Of a DNA stretch of 64,000 nt, positions 26,949 to 62,279 are shown in pieces; the first letter of the stretch is position 1, and the number at the start of each line of letters is the position of its first letter. A program made the position numbers and the translations under genes. Below the pieces are notes generated by a model. That model was not told the DNA's origin. It ran no database searches and saw only the letters and a list, made by a program, of their open reading frames with translations. Where the stretch lies: NCBI GenBank assembly GCA_002633005.1, contig NMRA01000788.1, positions 62,001 to 126,000 of the forward strand, given 5' to 3'. Origin of the DNA: Phoronis australis. Lineage: Eukaryota > Animalia > Phoronida.

Positions 26949-27500
26949 AATTGTAGAACATGTAGTTAAAATCAGCGTGTGTAATTATCGGCGCACCTGG
27001 TGATAACAGATCTAATTCAGGGTGCAATTCATATGTACTAAGTTTTGATTTGAAATGCCACATGTTCATCGTTTTTGTTGCTATTACTATTATTATTATT
27101 TTTGTTATTATTGCCATCGTCGTCAAATTTTTAGCATCACCATTATGGTAAAAATTCTTCAATTTGGGACAAAAATATCTGCTAAAATTGCCATACTTCT
27201 GTTTTTCACGAGCTTACCACATTACTGCAAGTGCCCAACATCTTTAAATTACCAAATGATTTTTTTGTTGATGTTTGGCCATGCAAACCATAATAAATCA
27301 AATTATTTTTTCCCAAACACTTATTTTTGCTGGGAAATTTGACAATTAAAATGAAATTTCACCTATGCGACTTATTGTGTCCCAAACCGCTTAATTTTTA
27401 CCGAATATCAGAATCAGAAAACAAGTAGACATTTTTTTTTACATGAATTCATCTTTCAAATTCCTTGTTATAGGTTCAGACTGCCATCTGAGTGAGAGCA

Positions 27501-49897
<22,397 letters not shown>

Positions 49898-52800
49898 GCA
49901 GTTGCTGTGCTATCACAGAAAAGAGAAACTTCATCGTAAAATATCCTATTCATCAGAATCAGCATCGAGTTATTAACTGTATCAGCAGGTGTATTTATTG
50001 CGTACTGATTTAGCTGCGAACCTATTTTAGTGAATTGGTATGGTCGGGTTTATCAGTTCAGCTAAGTGTCGACCCAGCTTGTTGCGAAGAGGACTTGTGT
50101 CCAGTTCCCTGGTGCACAAGATATGAAGTCCCTTTTGTAATCTGGGGATGATGGACAGCTGAAATGAATCTCGTAATCGTGGAACGCTGAAATATTTCAG
50201 CCTCAAATGGACCAGTGCTCAAACACTGTCCCAGCGCTTGTGCTCTTAGAATCTTGCAGAGTGGAGTACTTAAAAACACTTCGGCTTCGATTTAAAACGC
50301 TACGTATGATTGAGTGTCACCTCGAATACCCAGTGTGATTGTAGTAGTGCAACGTTAGAGCACCAATTGTTAGCATTCCATAATTCTTGGGTCAAAGGTC
50401 ACAGATTCTTATTGCCAAATCCCATGAGTCAATGTGCAATACACAATTCGTGTTTTATGTCACTTTGTTAGCGTGATTTAAGTTATATTGCTTTTTTAGG
50501 TGTGTGTGTGTGCATACCCCAGTAGCATCAGTTTGATGCAAGTAAATGCCCACTTCCTTCCTGGCTTTTTAGCAAGCTGTTGACTTATTTCTTAGGTTCA
50601 TGGGCTTGTCCTTACCTCAAGGATAAAGGTCGTCGCTAGTTATGTTCTTTTTGTTTCGTCTCTGTTCTCTAATGCCTGTTCGCTTGGCTTGATGAGTTTT
50701 CGCTGCATTCCATTTATGATACATTTGACATTATCGCTTTTTAGTTTAGATTTATATATATTTCTAAATATCTACTTATTTTTGTATTAGTTTTTTCTTA
50801 AATTCTTTCCAGTCTCTTGTATTTCCATGTGAATCTCTGTTGATTGAAATTCTGTCACGGACGTTACTTAAACTTACTTAAACAAATCTGTATTGCTGTG
50901 ATGGCAAGAAATTCTCTTGTGTTCATTCCTAGATTTTCAAAACAAATTATTTTCATGAAGAAAACTACTCCAATCAAAGTAATATCTTTCTGTGTAATAT
51001 GTTTGTGTTTCTGACTTTTCTTGATGTTTCAGTTCCATTGTTTGTGCTCTTTTCAATTCCATTTCAAATCTTTTCACGCCTTATGAGAAAAATTTTCTAA
51101 ATTATTTCTCTGTGTTTCATTATTTCTTGTTTTGAGCTTTTCTGAATCAAGATTGTATAGTCTATGACGATATGTTATATAACGGATCTTTATTTGTGGT
51201 TATGGTAATCATTGTTTCTGGTTATGTAACTCGTTGATTGTTGGTTATTGTCATGTTAAAACATAACAAGCATGGCGAAATCAGTGACGTTTTAAGAGCC
51301 ACTGCAGATTGAAAGCTGCAAGCTTAGCTGCATGCCTTAAGTTGATTAATGGTACCCGCACACAGTGAGGCAAAATGCTGACCTGTAAACTACGTTTTAG
51401 TAGTAATTGAAGTTAATATAGAAAACACGGTTATAATGAGTCAGCGAGAGAGATTTGTTGTTGTCAGGTGATGCAGTGCAGTAATTTTCGTTGGTTACTA
51501 AAAGAAATCCTCTTAAGTTCTTAGCTAACCTTGCCTGCATGTTGTGAGGATTTACGCTTGTTAGGTGAAAGAAACCCAACAACTCGCGGCCTTGTTAAAC
51601 AAAATCCCCATGGAGTGTTTTGTCTCTGGTGTGAGCTAGGAGCTGAACTCATTTGCAGTTGAGGCGCGCAACTTTCCATCTGTGGTGGCTCTTAATCATA
51701 TCCCACGTTATTTCAGTTGCCTCGGGGGTGAGGTAGGAAATTCTGGCAAGTTGGAAGTAACTTGTCGTTGTGAGGTGGGCAATCGTTCTTGGGGTCCGTT
51801 TGAATGTCACAAAGCCAAGAGCATTTATAGTTTCAAGTGAGGTGCTGTTAACTGCTGCAATGTTTACAGTAATTCTCCGCTTATTCCCAAATTTGTATTT
51901 TTCCATTCTTCAAAGCTTGATTACTTTGCTACACATAATAGGAGCTTTAACAACTATTATTTTATGACATTTCCACAGTCCAAACCGAGCTAATAACTAT
52001 TTTCTTGATCTTTGTTTTTGTGGAAATCTTGTCTACTACCACATGGTGTGGTAAATAGGTGAAAAATTACCCTGTTTTAACCTCGATAGTTGTAAACTAT
52101 CATGAGATGCTTAAGTTGAAAAGAAAGTGATGCTATGTTGCCCTCATCAAATGTTTATAGCAAGCGTAGTATCCTCTTACAAAGCCTACAAAATTGACGA
52201 GCGAGCGTGACACTTGAGACCAGTTTAACAATAAGTGTGAGGAACGACTGCTCTTATTGAGATGATAGGATCCACTTTGTTGTATGACAGGTAATTGCAT
52301 TAGCTGTATCATGCTTTTATTTCTCAGGGCAGGTGACCGTGCAATATCACAAAATCAGTTTTGTGTGGAATCACTAAAACTGGGTTTAGTATCCTTTAAG
52401 AACGTCTGTCTTGATACAAGATACTGTTTAGTTCTATTAACCATTATAAGAATTTAGTGCTAGGGAATTATGTCAAGGGCATGTTTAATTACCTACACTA
52501 CTGCACTTTGGGATTCGAAATATGTGGCCAGCTTATCCATGATTTTACTTTCAGTACAACGCGTTTTGATTTTGATTAGCTTCTGTTTTGGTTTTTACCT
52601 AGTTGCACTTTGTAATCTGTCCAAGTGTTACAGGAATCTAACAGCTATCATCCATCAATTCATCTGTCCAAATTTGCATTGGTTTGAATTAAATAAAAAG
52701 CTTCTCTGGGTTGGGTGTAAATGAGATGAATTTTGAAGACTGGTTATTCACACGGTAGTGCTAATGAGGACAGTATTCTCATATTAACGGAAGAGAGCAG

Positions 52801-53745
52801 AACAAAAATGTGTTCAACAGCATGGGTGTGCTACTACTTGAATGCTTGCTTTGCATGCTAGTAGGGGTGAGGATCATTGTTTCACTAGCGCCACCTGGTG
52901 AACTTCCATTTTCTTATTATGTGAGGCATTTATGAAGTACCATTCTTACTATTATAAAGATTGGAGCTTACAATGGTGTTATTGTGTATAGTATACAGAT
53001 ATTTTTGTGCTTGCTTGTTTGTGGTTTACATTGTCTTACCTGCTAGATTGTGTATTTATGAAGAAATCTACATTATATACATTAAGGGACTAAATATGAA
53101 TGGACTAGGTCACAAGTTCTGTATTCTGTCGGCCATCGTTAGGAGGAGGCGATTTCCAGAATACTTGGGTCTCCACTACTGGTCCTTAATGGAGATTGTT
53201 CTGTTACATCTTTTATAATTTCAATCCATGGAGAGTTTCAGTGCATACTAAGTGCTAACACTTTCCTATTCTGTTCAAGTAGGTGTACTATTGCTTTCTG
53301 CAAAATCCAGAGACGTGATTTTAGTGTCATTAGCAGGCCCCCGTGTGTTGACAAATAGTCCCGTCAGTGAAATTGATGTGATGTGCTGACTTGAGATTTG
53401 AAGCCTCAGAGTGTATACGATGTAGAAAAAACGAAACATACACTGGACATTGGCAGCCTAGAAAAACCATCTCTCTAGGGATTGTAATCCCGGATTTGTT
53501 ATACATAGATTGTTATGTGGATTGTCGGGCGTTGCTCCTCGCAACTAATTGTGTTATCGGTAATTTAAAGTAACTGAGCTACTGAACTGTCGATCGATAG
53601 GAACTCGTCCCGGGAACATCTTTGTTGAGAGGTGGTTTTCTTTGTCACTGTTCTCCAGTGATATCGTTAAGTATGTGTTGTGATGTATAAAGAATGAACT
53701 ACAGTACATGTAAGAGTAATAAAACAAGTGTTGTTTTATCTACAC
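49898..53745 (+). other. Probable long Syt1 3' UTR with candidate polyadenylation signals
   Basis: No recognisable transposon between the stop and about 54.4 kb, where MITEs resume. U-rich tract at about 50690-51150. AATAAA at 52692-52697 and at 53718-53723, the latter followed by a GT/T-rich tract. The end point is inferred. Confidence 0.55.
52886..52901 (-). promoter_or_regulatory. CTCF-motif match
   Basis: Reverse complement tcaccaggtggcgcta is close to the CTCF core CCACCAGGTGGCGC. Motif only. Confidence 0.4.
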
Positions 53746-54405
53746 GTGCCTAAAGATGTTTTCATTGCACACTTGCAAATACAAGTTGAGCGTGCACAGA
53801 CCTAGAAGTCATAGTCTTGCCTGACGCTTTTGTTCTGACACATACCAATACCGAACGACATGTTAAAAGAATCCTGCCACCATCCTTGATCGCTTGACAC
53901 CGGGTTGCCCATAGGTACCCATGGTAAGGTTTGTTACAGTGTTGTCGCTGTTAGTAGTTCAATCTTGGGATTGCGCCTCTAAGTCTAAATAACAGTTCCT
54001 TCAAAAGGGAACTTCCACCTTAGCAGACCACCTACTACAATAAAACAGGCCCCGGTTTGTTCCTTTTTCACTTGAGGTGTGAAGATGGACTTGCAAAGAG
54101 CTGACAATTTCTGGCGTTATTTCTCAAGGCCATGCTCCGCGTTTACTTGACTGAAGCCGCCGTGGGAAGTCATTTGTTGATCTGGGTCTTATCCGAAGTC
54201 GGCAGGCGTTTGAATTTGACTAGACCAATTTCATGACGACAAATAGTCTAACTTGATACATTTATTGCTCAGGGAATGTAACAAATGGCAAGTCTGAGGC
54301 TGTGCGTCTCAGGTATAGTCTTTAAAAAAGTAAATGAACGAGAGCGTTTTTTAAATGGCCAGTCATACCTGGCAGAGAAATAATATCAATGACATAGAAA
54401 ATCCT

Positions 54406-54537
54406 ACACTAGTCTCAGGTTTATGACGGGCAAAACCTCTTGGAAATTTCGTCAAAATCTCGACTGGAGGCTTGCCGAGGAAAGTTTTGACGAAATTTCC
54501 TGGAAGTTTGCCCATGTCGTACATCTGAGACGAATGT
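54406..54537. mobile_element. Palindromic MITE flanked by TA
   Basis: gtctcagg..atgacgggcaaa..ggaaatttcgtcaaaa is mirrored by ttttgacgaaatttcc..tttgccc..gtcgta..ctgagac. Confidence 0.75.
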
Positions 54538-54578
54538 ATGATTTTTTCTCCCATGAACCGTAAAAACGATATTTTTAC

Positions 54579-54727
54579 CAGCGCTGTAGAGGTAAGTAGG
54601 CGCCCAAAGCCCTCCGTATCACCTTGAGTACTGAGCGCAACTTACGGTGCGTATAGGCGCTACGCCGTTCAAGTGCCAAAAGATGGTTGGCTGCGCTTAC
54701 GTGCGCCTACGCCCCACTACAGCACCA
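54579..54727. mobile_element. Small hAT-like MITE
   Basis: Ends gcgctgtagaggtaagtaggcgc and gcgcctacgccccactacagcac. Confidence 0.6.
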
Positions 54728-55173
54728 TTTCGACTTCGCCAAACTACCACTTCCCACCACCATCACCACCAACTCCGTTAACACCCCTCCGGAAGCCCCA
54801 ATGCCCACCCGGATTACAGAATTTTCTAACTTCAGGCTGCAATTAAATTCACTCGGTTGAAATATCATTTCTTTGAAGATTAGATTCTAACCATCGGAAG
54901 TAGTCCTTTAGTGTAATTCGAAAATAGGGGTCTTCACGTTCTTCAAAATTCAACCCTTTCGATGGCGGTCAATCCTATTGTATTTTGCTCACACTTTTTT
55001 GGTTGTTTGGGTCGAATGTCTTGATACTGCATGGGCGGCGCACTTTTTTCAGTGCTGCTCTGCTCATGGTCTATAGGCGGCGCTCCATGACAGGGGGGCT
55101 GGGGGGCTTTAGCCTCCCACTTTTTTCAGTGCTGTGCCGCCCATGTACTGCTGTCAGTGCTGGCCACGAATGT

Positions 55174-55325
55174 CAGGGGCGGATCCAGGATTTTGAGTTT
55201 GGGGGGTCGGCGCAGAATATCATTAGCCAGGATTTTTCCCGTCAGACATTCGCACCTCCGAACTGCCTAATGGAATCTGAGAATTTTAGGGGGGGGGGCA
55301 TGGCCCCCCTCTAAATCCGCCACTG
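55174..55325. mobile_element. hAT-like MITE with 5-bp TSD
   Basis: Ends caggggcggatccag and ctaaatccgccactg. aatgt is duplicated at 55169-55173 and 55326-55330. Confidence 0.8.
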
Positions 55326-56194
55326 AATGTCTTGTATTTTTATGAATTTGGAATCTCAAATTCCCTCGTGAATTCTTGGCAGTGTCGGATTTACATGTAT
55401 AGAGGGACAAAGGGACATTTCCCCTGAACTGCTTCACCGAGAGAGGGTCCTATCTGAAATGGGACACCGTAAGATGAAAGGCTAAACATCATTGAGCTTG
55501 GAACACGATTGACACTTCATTCCACTTTCCTGTTGTCCCCGACGATGCAGGAAGTGACCTTCAACATGAAAGCCGGTTGCACGATTTCACAAAAAGCAGC
55601 AAAATGGAGGTAATCGATTCCAACATTAGGCCCTCTCTCCGTGTGTAATTTGTCGATAAAAACACAAAAAGGGTGGCCACTTGAATATCATCAATGTCCA
55701 CCGGCACCTTCAAGGGCGGGGCCCCTAAATATGAAAATATCTATAGTTTTTAGAAAATCAGGAAATGCGCAGCAATTCATGTTATCTGTCAGGTTGTCAA
55801 TTATTCTCAAGTGATACGCAGTTTCGACAAAAATGTTGTCTCCGTTATCCCATTCGCATTCTTAAAATTGACTGATTGAATTTAAAAATACATTAAGTCA
55901 GTACGCTCCGCAAGAGCTTCGCTTTACAAATGTTCTCGATTTTTCGAAATATATGTAACGAGAATGAACGGTTACGCGCGCATTTTCAAGTGCGTTTAGA
56001 CGACCTGTACTGCACAAACGGAGACCCTAACAATGTCCTGACCAGGCCGGGTCCTCAAAACGTAAACCATGCACTGTTGTTAAATGTTCTCTTAGAATTT
56101 TCTCTCTTATTCGTATTTCGATGTCTTTCTTTTCTCTATTGTCCCCGGCCCCACGCCTATGTCGGTTACAACGGTGTAACCCTGACGCCTGAAA

Positions 56195-56249
56195 ATTTTT
56201 GGGGGGCCCGTGCCCCCCGCCCCCCCCCCCCCCGCTTCCTACGGCCCTG
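56195..56249. mobile_element. Right end of a hAT-like element (left end not resolved)
   Basis: ggggggcccgtgcccccc...cgcttcctacggccctg terminus. Confidence 0.4.
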
Positions 56250-59200
56250 ACCAGTCGTGTCGTAACTCATTCCAGGTCATGTGAGAAAAAAGATTTCTAC
56301 TCTATAAAGACTGTAGATTTTAGAATATGGGTCCCTCATAGCCGTTGTGGAAATTTAGTGAGACATTCATTCAAATTATGAATCTCTATTGAGCCGTTTA
56401 ATGCAATTCAGGATGCAGCGATATTTACAAAAATGTGATAAACTAATAGTCCGAAATTTGCAGATACAGGTGTTCTGATAGCTGAAAATAGTCAAACATC
56501 AATTATGTAGCTTTGAAATGTAGGATAGCTCATTACATTGGTTGCACTGTAGGACGTTCTGTAAAAGTTTTGAAATAAACTCACTTCTTCCGAAAGTAAA
56601 AATTAGTGACCCTGATACATGTAGTGCAGGTTACTTTAAACAAGAGACATTGGAACACATTTTACCTTTGTTGTGTTACTAAAGAAAGTTTACTCTAGAA
56701 AGTAACAATATTCATAACAGAGAGACGATGTTTTTTGAACACCTGTCTCATAGTTGTCAAGGTCAACATTCGATCGAAAAGGAAAAGAAACGGGGCAACT
56801 GGATTGAAAAGCGGAGCTTCCGGATAAAAAGTGGGACACAGTTGGCTTAAGCCAAAGCACAAGGGTGAAATGTGCACCGCAACACACGGCACAAAAACGT
56901 TCAGACAGCGTTTTTTTTGTCGAACGGGACACGTAACTCCCAAAAGTGCTCAACAGCGTTTTTTAGTCGAATGGGAAATTGCGAGTATCGTAAAAAACCA
57001 TGAAACGTCCAGTCCTTTTCTTTTTAGTGGAACGGAAAAATAGGGCTATGTCGCGTGGGAAATTGCAAAGGTATGTGTGATAGATAAATGTCAATTTCGC
57101 CGTGTGTCAAAAAGCGGGCGTTTTAATGGTGTGCTGGGATGGCGGAAATTTTCGATAAGTGGGACAGTCCGCACAGAGCAGGCCAATTAGAAAGTACCCT
57201 GTCTGCTGTCAGCAACACAACTGGTTAGTATTATTCTACAAGAATTAACAAAAAAAAAAGATGCGCATAAAGAGTGACCAGTGTAACTGTCGTATTTGTT
57301 GACAAATTTTTCGAGAAATCGGTGGTTGTCTGGAACCGCGGCTATAGTTTCGGGTACGCAAGCTCTTGAATAATACAATGCACGGGTAACGTGCAAGAGT
57401 TGAATTCCATGGCTAGAGTTCTATGGTTTTGGGTACCCTTGCCGCTGTAAAAAATTTCACGAGAAAGGGTTACCTTTTACACCTGAACCTGTTACGCTCT
57501 TTATGACATTCACCAGGAAGAGTGTCAAGAAGATAAACTGACAAAACCATAAAACATCATTGTACTAGCGATGTCTATGGACAAAACCACTCTTTAGTGG
57601 GGGGAGGGTGTAAAAAAGTAATGCAAGGACTCGAGACTCGTCCTAGGGCTACCGATACGACTAGGCGGTTGCGACCAGAAACCCAGAGGCGCGAAGAAAT
57701 AGCATCACTACAGAATTCAGTAGCCTAAACGGAACATCGTCTCGGTAACTAGTTGGTTACAATTCCATCTAGTCCCGGCAGAGTGCTACGAACCATAGGA
57801 TACTCCATTCGGACGGGAGGGTCCTGAATAGGGAAGGGTGACGCAAACTTATTACTTGGCGAAATTCGCCAAGTATGTTGTTTACTACTCGTATTCTGCC
57901 TCCGAGACTGCGGAAGGAAAATAGACGAAAAAATGACACTTTTAAGTAAATTTATAGCCTACTTGAAAATTAGTCGAATTTTGCTCCCATTATTTTTGCC
58001 GACTTTCGACGAGAAAAACGTCGTAATTTTTTGAAAACTCCTTTCAAATGCCAAACAAAGAATGTGAAAATCTTTGTAAAATGGCACCTGACCAATATCG
58101 GAAAAATAGTTTGACAAAATTTGAAATGTGCCAGTGTCACGGGCAAACTGTCAACCGGCGCCCGAACAATGAGCATTTCTTTTGAAGATCGTTATTATGA
58201 AAGCTTTACTTAGAAACGTGGTCATTTCGAGTAGGTGTAGATTGTACTGTCAGACATTGTTAGGATTATGAGTTTTATTTTCCATAAGTATCGTAGAGGG
58301 AATTTCTTTCTCAGAGTAGGCCTTCGGTGACAGTGGGCGGTTTGACCGATACCGTCAGAGGGGCTTTGCATTGTCTCGTCCAGAGGGAGACCAGCCTATA
58401 GGTAGGCTAAAATTGAGTATTGTCAGCAAACAGCTCTTCAGAGCTAATGTTGATTGTATATGAAATCTCAATTAACAAATTTTCACGTAGATGTATGAAA
58501 TTCGGACAAAGTCATGTCACGTGCGCCTCCACTGAACTGAAACCAGCAGCCAATGAACCTCGAGCGAACAGGACGGCCAATGAAGTGGCATTACTAACGT
58601 GGTAGACCGTAACCAGGGGCTTACGATATCGACCCACTCTGGTGTTTACTACGTCGATGTACACCTAAATCATACCAAATATGATGAGCTCATCCAGTTC
58701 TCTAGACATGTTTCGCTGCAATCCCCGTGGCCTTTGTTCCGCCTAAGTAAACCAAAGGCGGTCCAGCTCATTTGGAAAAGCAGTGACAAAGTACCGGGGT
58801 CGATCAAGTAAATATCAAGCTATTACTTATATTAAATTTAATATTATCACCCAAAAATATTTTAATTTAACAGAAAAATATAACTGTTGTACATAGAGGT
58901 ATGTTTAATTGCTCGGAAACATGAGTAACACACTTTAAAAAGAAAACGTAAAAGAAGCACCCCCTTACAAAGTGGACCAGTCGTTAGATGTCCCATCTGT
59001 TTTCATTCATTCGGCTTCACCAAAGTTATTCTGTGTTTGCGCGACCTGAAAAGTAGGTCACTATTTGGGGAATCCAATTATTGCACCTCAAGGAATATCA
59101 AACAATGTAGAAAATGTGAAGCGGGCTTCTGTAACCTATGCCTGTTCTACATCGTGACTGTGGTGGAAGCTTTTTTCAACGCAACAGGTGAAGACCAGAG

Positions 59201-59294
59201 ATGATGGTGGACACAACGCGTCCCGTATTTATCGTCTGCTGGTGGTCGTGTCTGTTCGCTTTGTCTTTGGAGTTTGGGAATTTCAGTCAGACAG
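59201..59294 (+). CDS. Possible signal-peptide-coding first exon of a downstream gene
   Basis: Acceptor ttttttcaacgcaacag ends at 59187 and ATG is at 59201. Translates MMVDTTRPVFIVCWWSCLFALSLEFGNFSQT, then donor cag|gtttgt in phase 1. No further exons were identified. Confidence 0.25.
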
Positions 59295-62279
59295 GTTTGT
59301 TGTCATTATCATTAGGCCTATGCACGAGGATCCATTGAAGTCTTAGTAGCACTTCGCTGCAGAAACCTGAAACCTATGTCGTGATTCATAGATCCGGACC
59401 TGGAAAAATTCTTAAATCATTGAGGAGAAATCTTAAAAGATGACAGGGCCTAAGCCTAACTCTAAGGCAAAAGTGGCTCACGAAACGAGTCATTTTGAGC
59501 GGGCTGGAGAAATCCGATGAGTGGCTTCAGTCTCAGTCACAAAACCCTTCCTTCAAATTCCGCTCATGGATGTTTTAATGTCCAGATTGCCCCACTACAG
59601 AGGGTGCCTTTTCTGATTTAATTTCCTGCACTTTCAGCTTAGGAACTTGGGTTGAGCTAGGAACTGGTTCCTAGGGTTGAGGTAGGCTCAGCTTAGGAAC
59701 CAATAAGGACAACATGAGATTGACTCCTAGATTTACAACGGAACTCTTCAGAAAAAAAGAAGGGTTTCGTATTTTATTGCTGGGTTCACGACTAACGAGA
59801 ATTTCCGAAAATAGGACCACCCAAAAGCCCGCCCATGGCCGTATCTTCGGTAACTGCATGTTTTGGAAACCTGCTACATGGTCCTAAAATAATTATGGCT
59901 CAATGTAAAATTTTGTTTCTTTTGTCAAGAGATAATAATTTTTGAGATTTCGATTTCACTCAAATGACTAACATTTAACAAGGGATTGGGTGACTTTGTA
60001 ACTACAGTACTGAATTAGCATGTGAAGGACAGTTTTAAGGCTATGTGTTTGCTGTTCATGCGAAATAATTATGTAGGCCTACTAGGAATAAAATTCTTAC
60101 TGTCCACTGGTAAGACACAACTTCATACTACATAAATTAAAAAACCCTTTATTTCAAGCAGTTTCCTTTAAATACGTCCGGGTATATACTTGGTTTCATT
60201 TCACATTTTTGAAAGGCCGTTATCCGAATATTCGCACATGGGCCTATTTTTGGAAATTCCTGGTACAATTCAATGGGTGTATTCAGTTTTAGTTCAATAG
60301 ATAAGAGTATTTAGTTTTTAACAAAAATGATCATGGAAAGTAACAACAGAGTGATTTTTTGCAGAAGCTCCCATCAAATGTGTCTTTAATTTTTCAATAG
60401 TACCAACACAGAGGGCAGGGTTTTATCTTCTTAACAAGGCAGAAAGTTTCCCAATGGCCCGCTCTGTCAAAGCTATGATTGTTGAGTAACCCTGTCCTTC
60501 TAACGGCATCTGCTATTTGAAAACAGCTGGACTGGATGAACATCATTGCTGTGCAAGAACTTTTGTGTCAATCAGGAGTTATTCACCTCCTTGTGAACAT
60601 TTTTCACAATTTGTTTTAAAGTCATAAATATATTCTTTTACATTTGTGCAGCCTCATGTTAATGCGTTTTTAATCTTGTATCATTTTCACGGATGGGTCC
60701 TTAATGTACCATTAGATCCTAAAAAGTCCAGGACTGTTTATTCCATTTCCTGAGACGGAGCAGGGTCAAGAAGTGACTAGTCCACTTGAATAGCATCTTG
60801 TTGACATATGGCATGGTGAAATTAGTGAGCAAAACACCAGGCAGTGTATATTCTGTATATACACACTTGGTGGTACTATGTAAAGCTGCATGTAACTAAT
60901 TGAGCTCTGACACAAACCTGTAGGGAAAAGACAATGGTGTGTTTGTTGTAAATTCCATCTCCTTACCGCTGTTGAAGCCTAAAGCTATAAACCTGCCTTT
61001 CCTGTTGAAATTTCACTTAGACCAGTGACTTTATGAAATGGGTCTCAAATTGTTGCGTAATGAAATTGGAGATGATTTTTCATGGCCTCCAATGCATTGA
61101 CAGATGGTTATTGCTTACGAGCAGCTCTACAATTTGGTTTTTCCCAAGTTGTCATGTTATGATATGCATCCTGCATGGTCTCACGGAATAATGAACTCTC
61201 TGTTCAAACCTAGAAAATATTTTCATCTGCAGAGGAACAAGTTGAGACCAATTTAAAAGCGCCGAGGGGTCTAAATCAAAAGTTCGGGTTGATGTCCGCC
61301 TTAAGGAGGTTCCTTTCCAGTCACTGGCTATATGATGTGAATGAGAAATATGCTTTGCTGAAGTAAAAATTCTCAAATTTGGGACAACTTTTATAATTTG
61401 CGACTCCAAAACTCAAACGGAAATTGAAATTTTCTTGTGTAAAATGTCATGAATTTAGGAAAAATATGGCAAACAAGGTGTAAAAAATGAGGTTCACCAA
61501 GCAAATGTTATTTTTTTTAAAGTGCTTTACAATAGACACCTTCAAGCAATATTTTGAGAAACTGTGGCCATTCACAACGCTTTGGGAACCATTTGAGACA
61601 TGAAGAAGAATAATGTCTCATAATTTTTGTCTGAAGTTATTTTGTACATTGTGTTGCTTTTTGATGTTTATTTGATTTTTATTTTTTTTTCAAAAATGTG
61701 AATTGGCAGTGCCTTTGGTATATTTTAAATGTAAGTGCTTGTAGTCATTGCTTGGAAGCATGGTATGTTGTAGACAGGAAATGTTTTTCTTCATTCACTC
61801 TGTAATCACTTGACCTGGTTTTCACTATTTGACTCCCAATAGTGAAGAGGATTAGTTCATTGGTCTATTGTAGATGTATTCTCATGAGTTTAGGCCAACC
61901 CATGGGCATAAGCCTCCAGCACACACCTTTTGCCTCTTTTCATTTCCAGGCTCAACTTACAATGTTATACAATGGATACATGATAATATCAGGATATTTA
62001 GTCTGGTTTGGGTCAAGTCTTGCTTATCTGGCATCAGGACAGTGACCGTTAAAAAACAACACCACTGTAAAATCTCACCAATTTCGGACAAATAATAATG
62101 ACCAAAATTGCACATTTTTCAGTTTTCAAGGTCTTGTTTAGAACATAGTTGTGAATGTCCAAAATTTTTCAAAGATACTTTCTGTTAATGCCTAATATGC
62201 AGAATTAAAATATGGCAAAGCCTCATTCTAGTACTCAAAGTACTGTATTCATTAAAAAATGGAAGAAAATGTCACCTAT

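Noticed and set aside
53564-56640. Kolobok-like element bounded by ttaaagtaac / gttactttaa
   Set aside because: The match is only 10 bp and would include the likely poly(A) site. Probably coincidence.
60365-60490. Possible second exon of the downstream candidate gene after ttttttgcag
   Set aside because: The frame closes at a stop without a convincing donor, and the peptide is unrecognisable.
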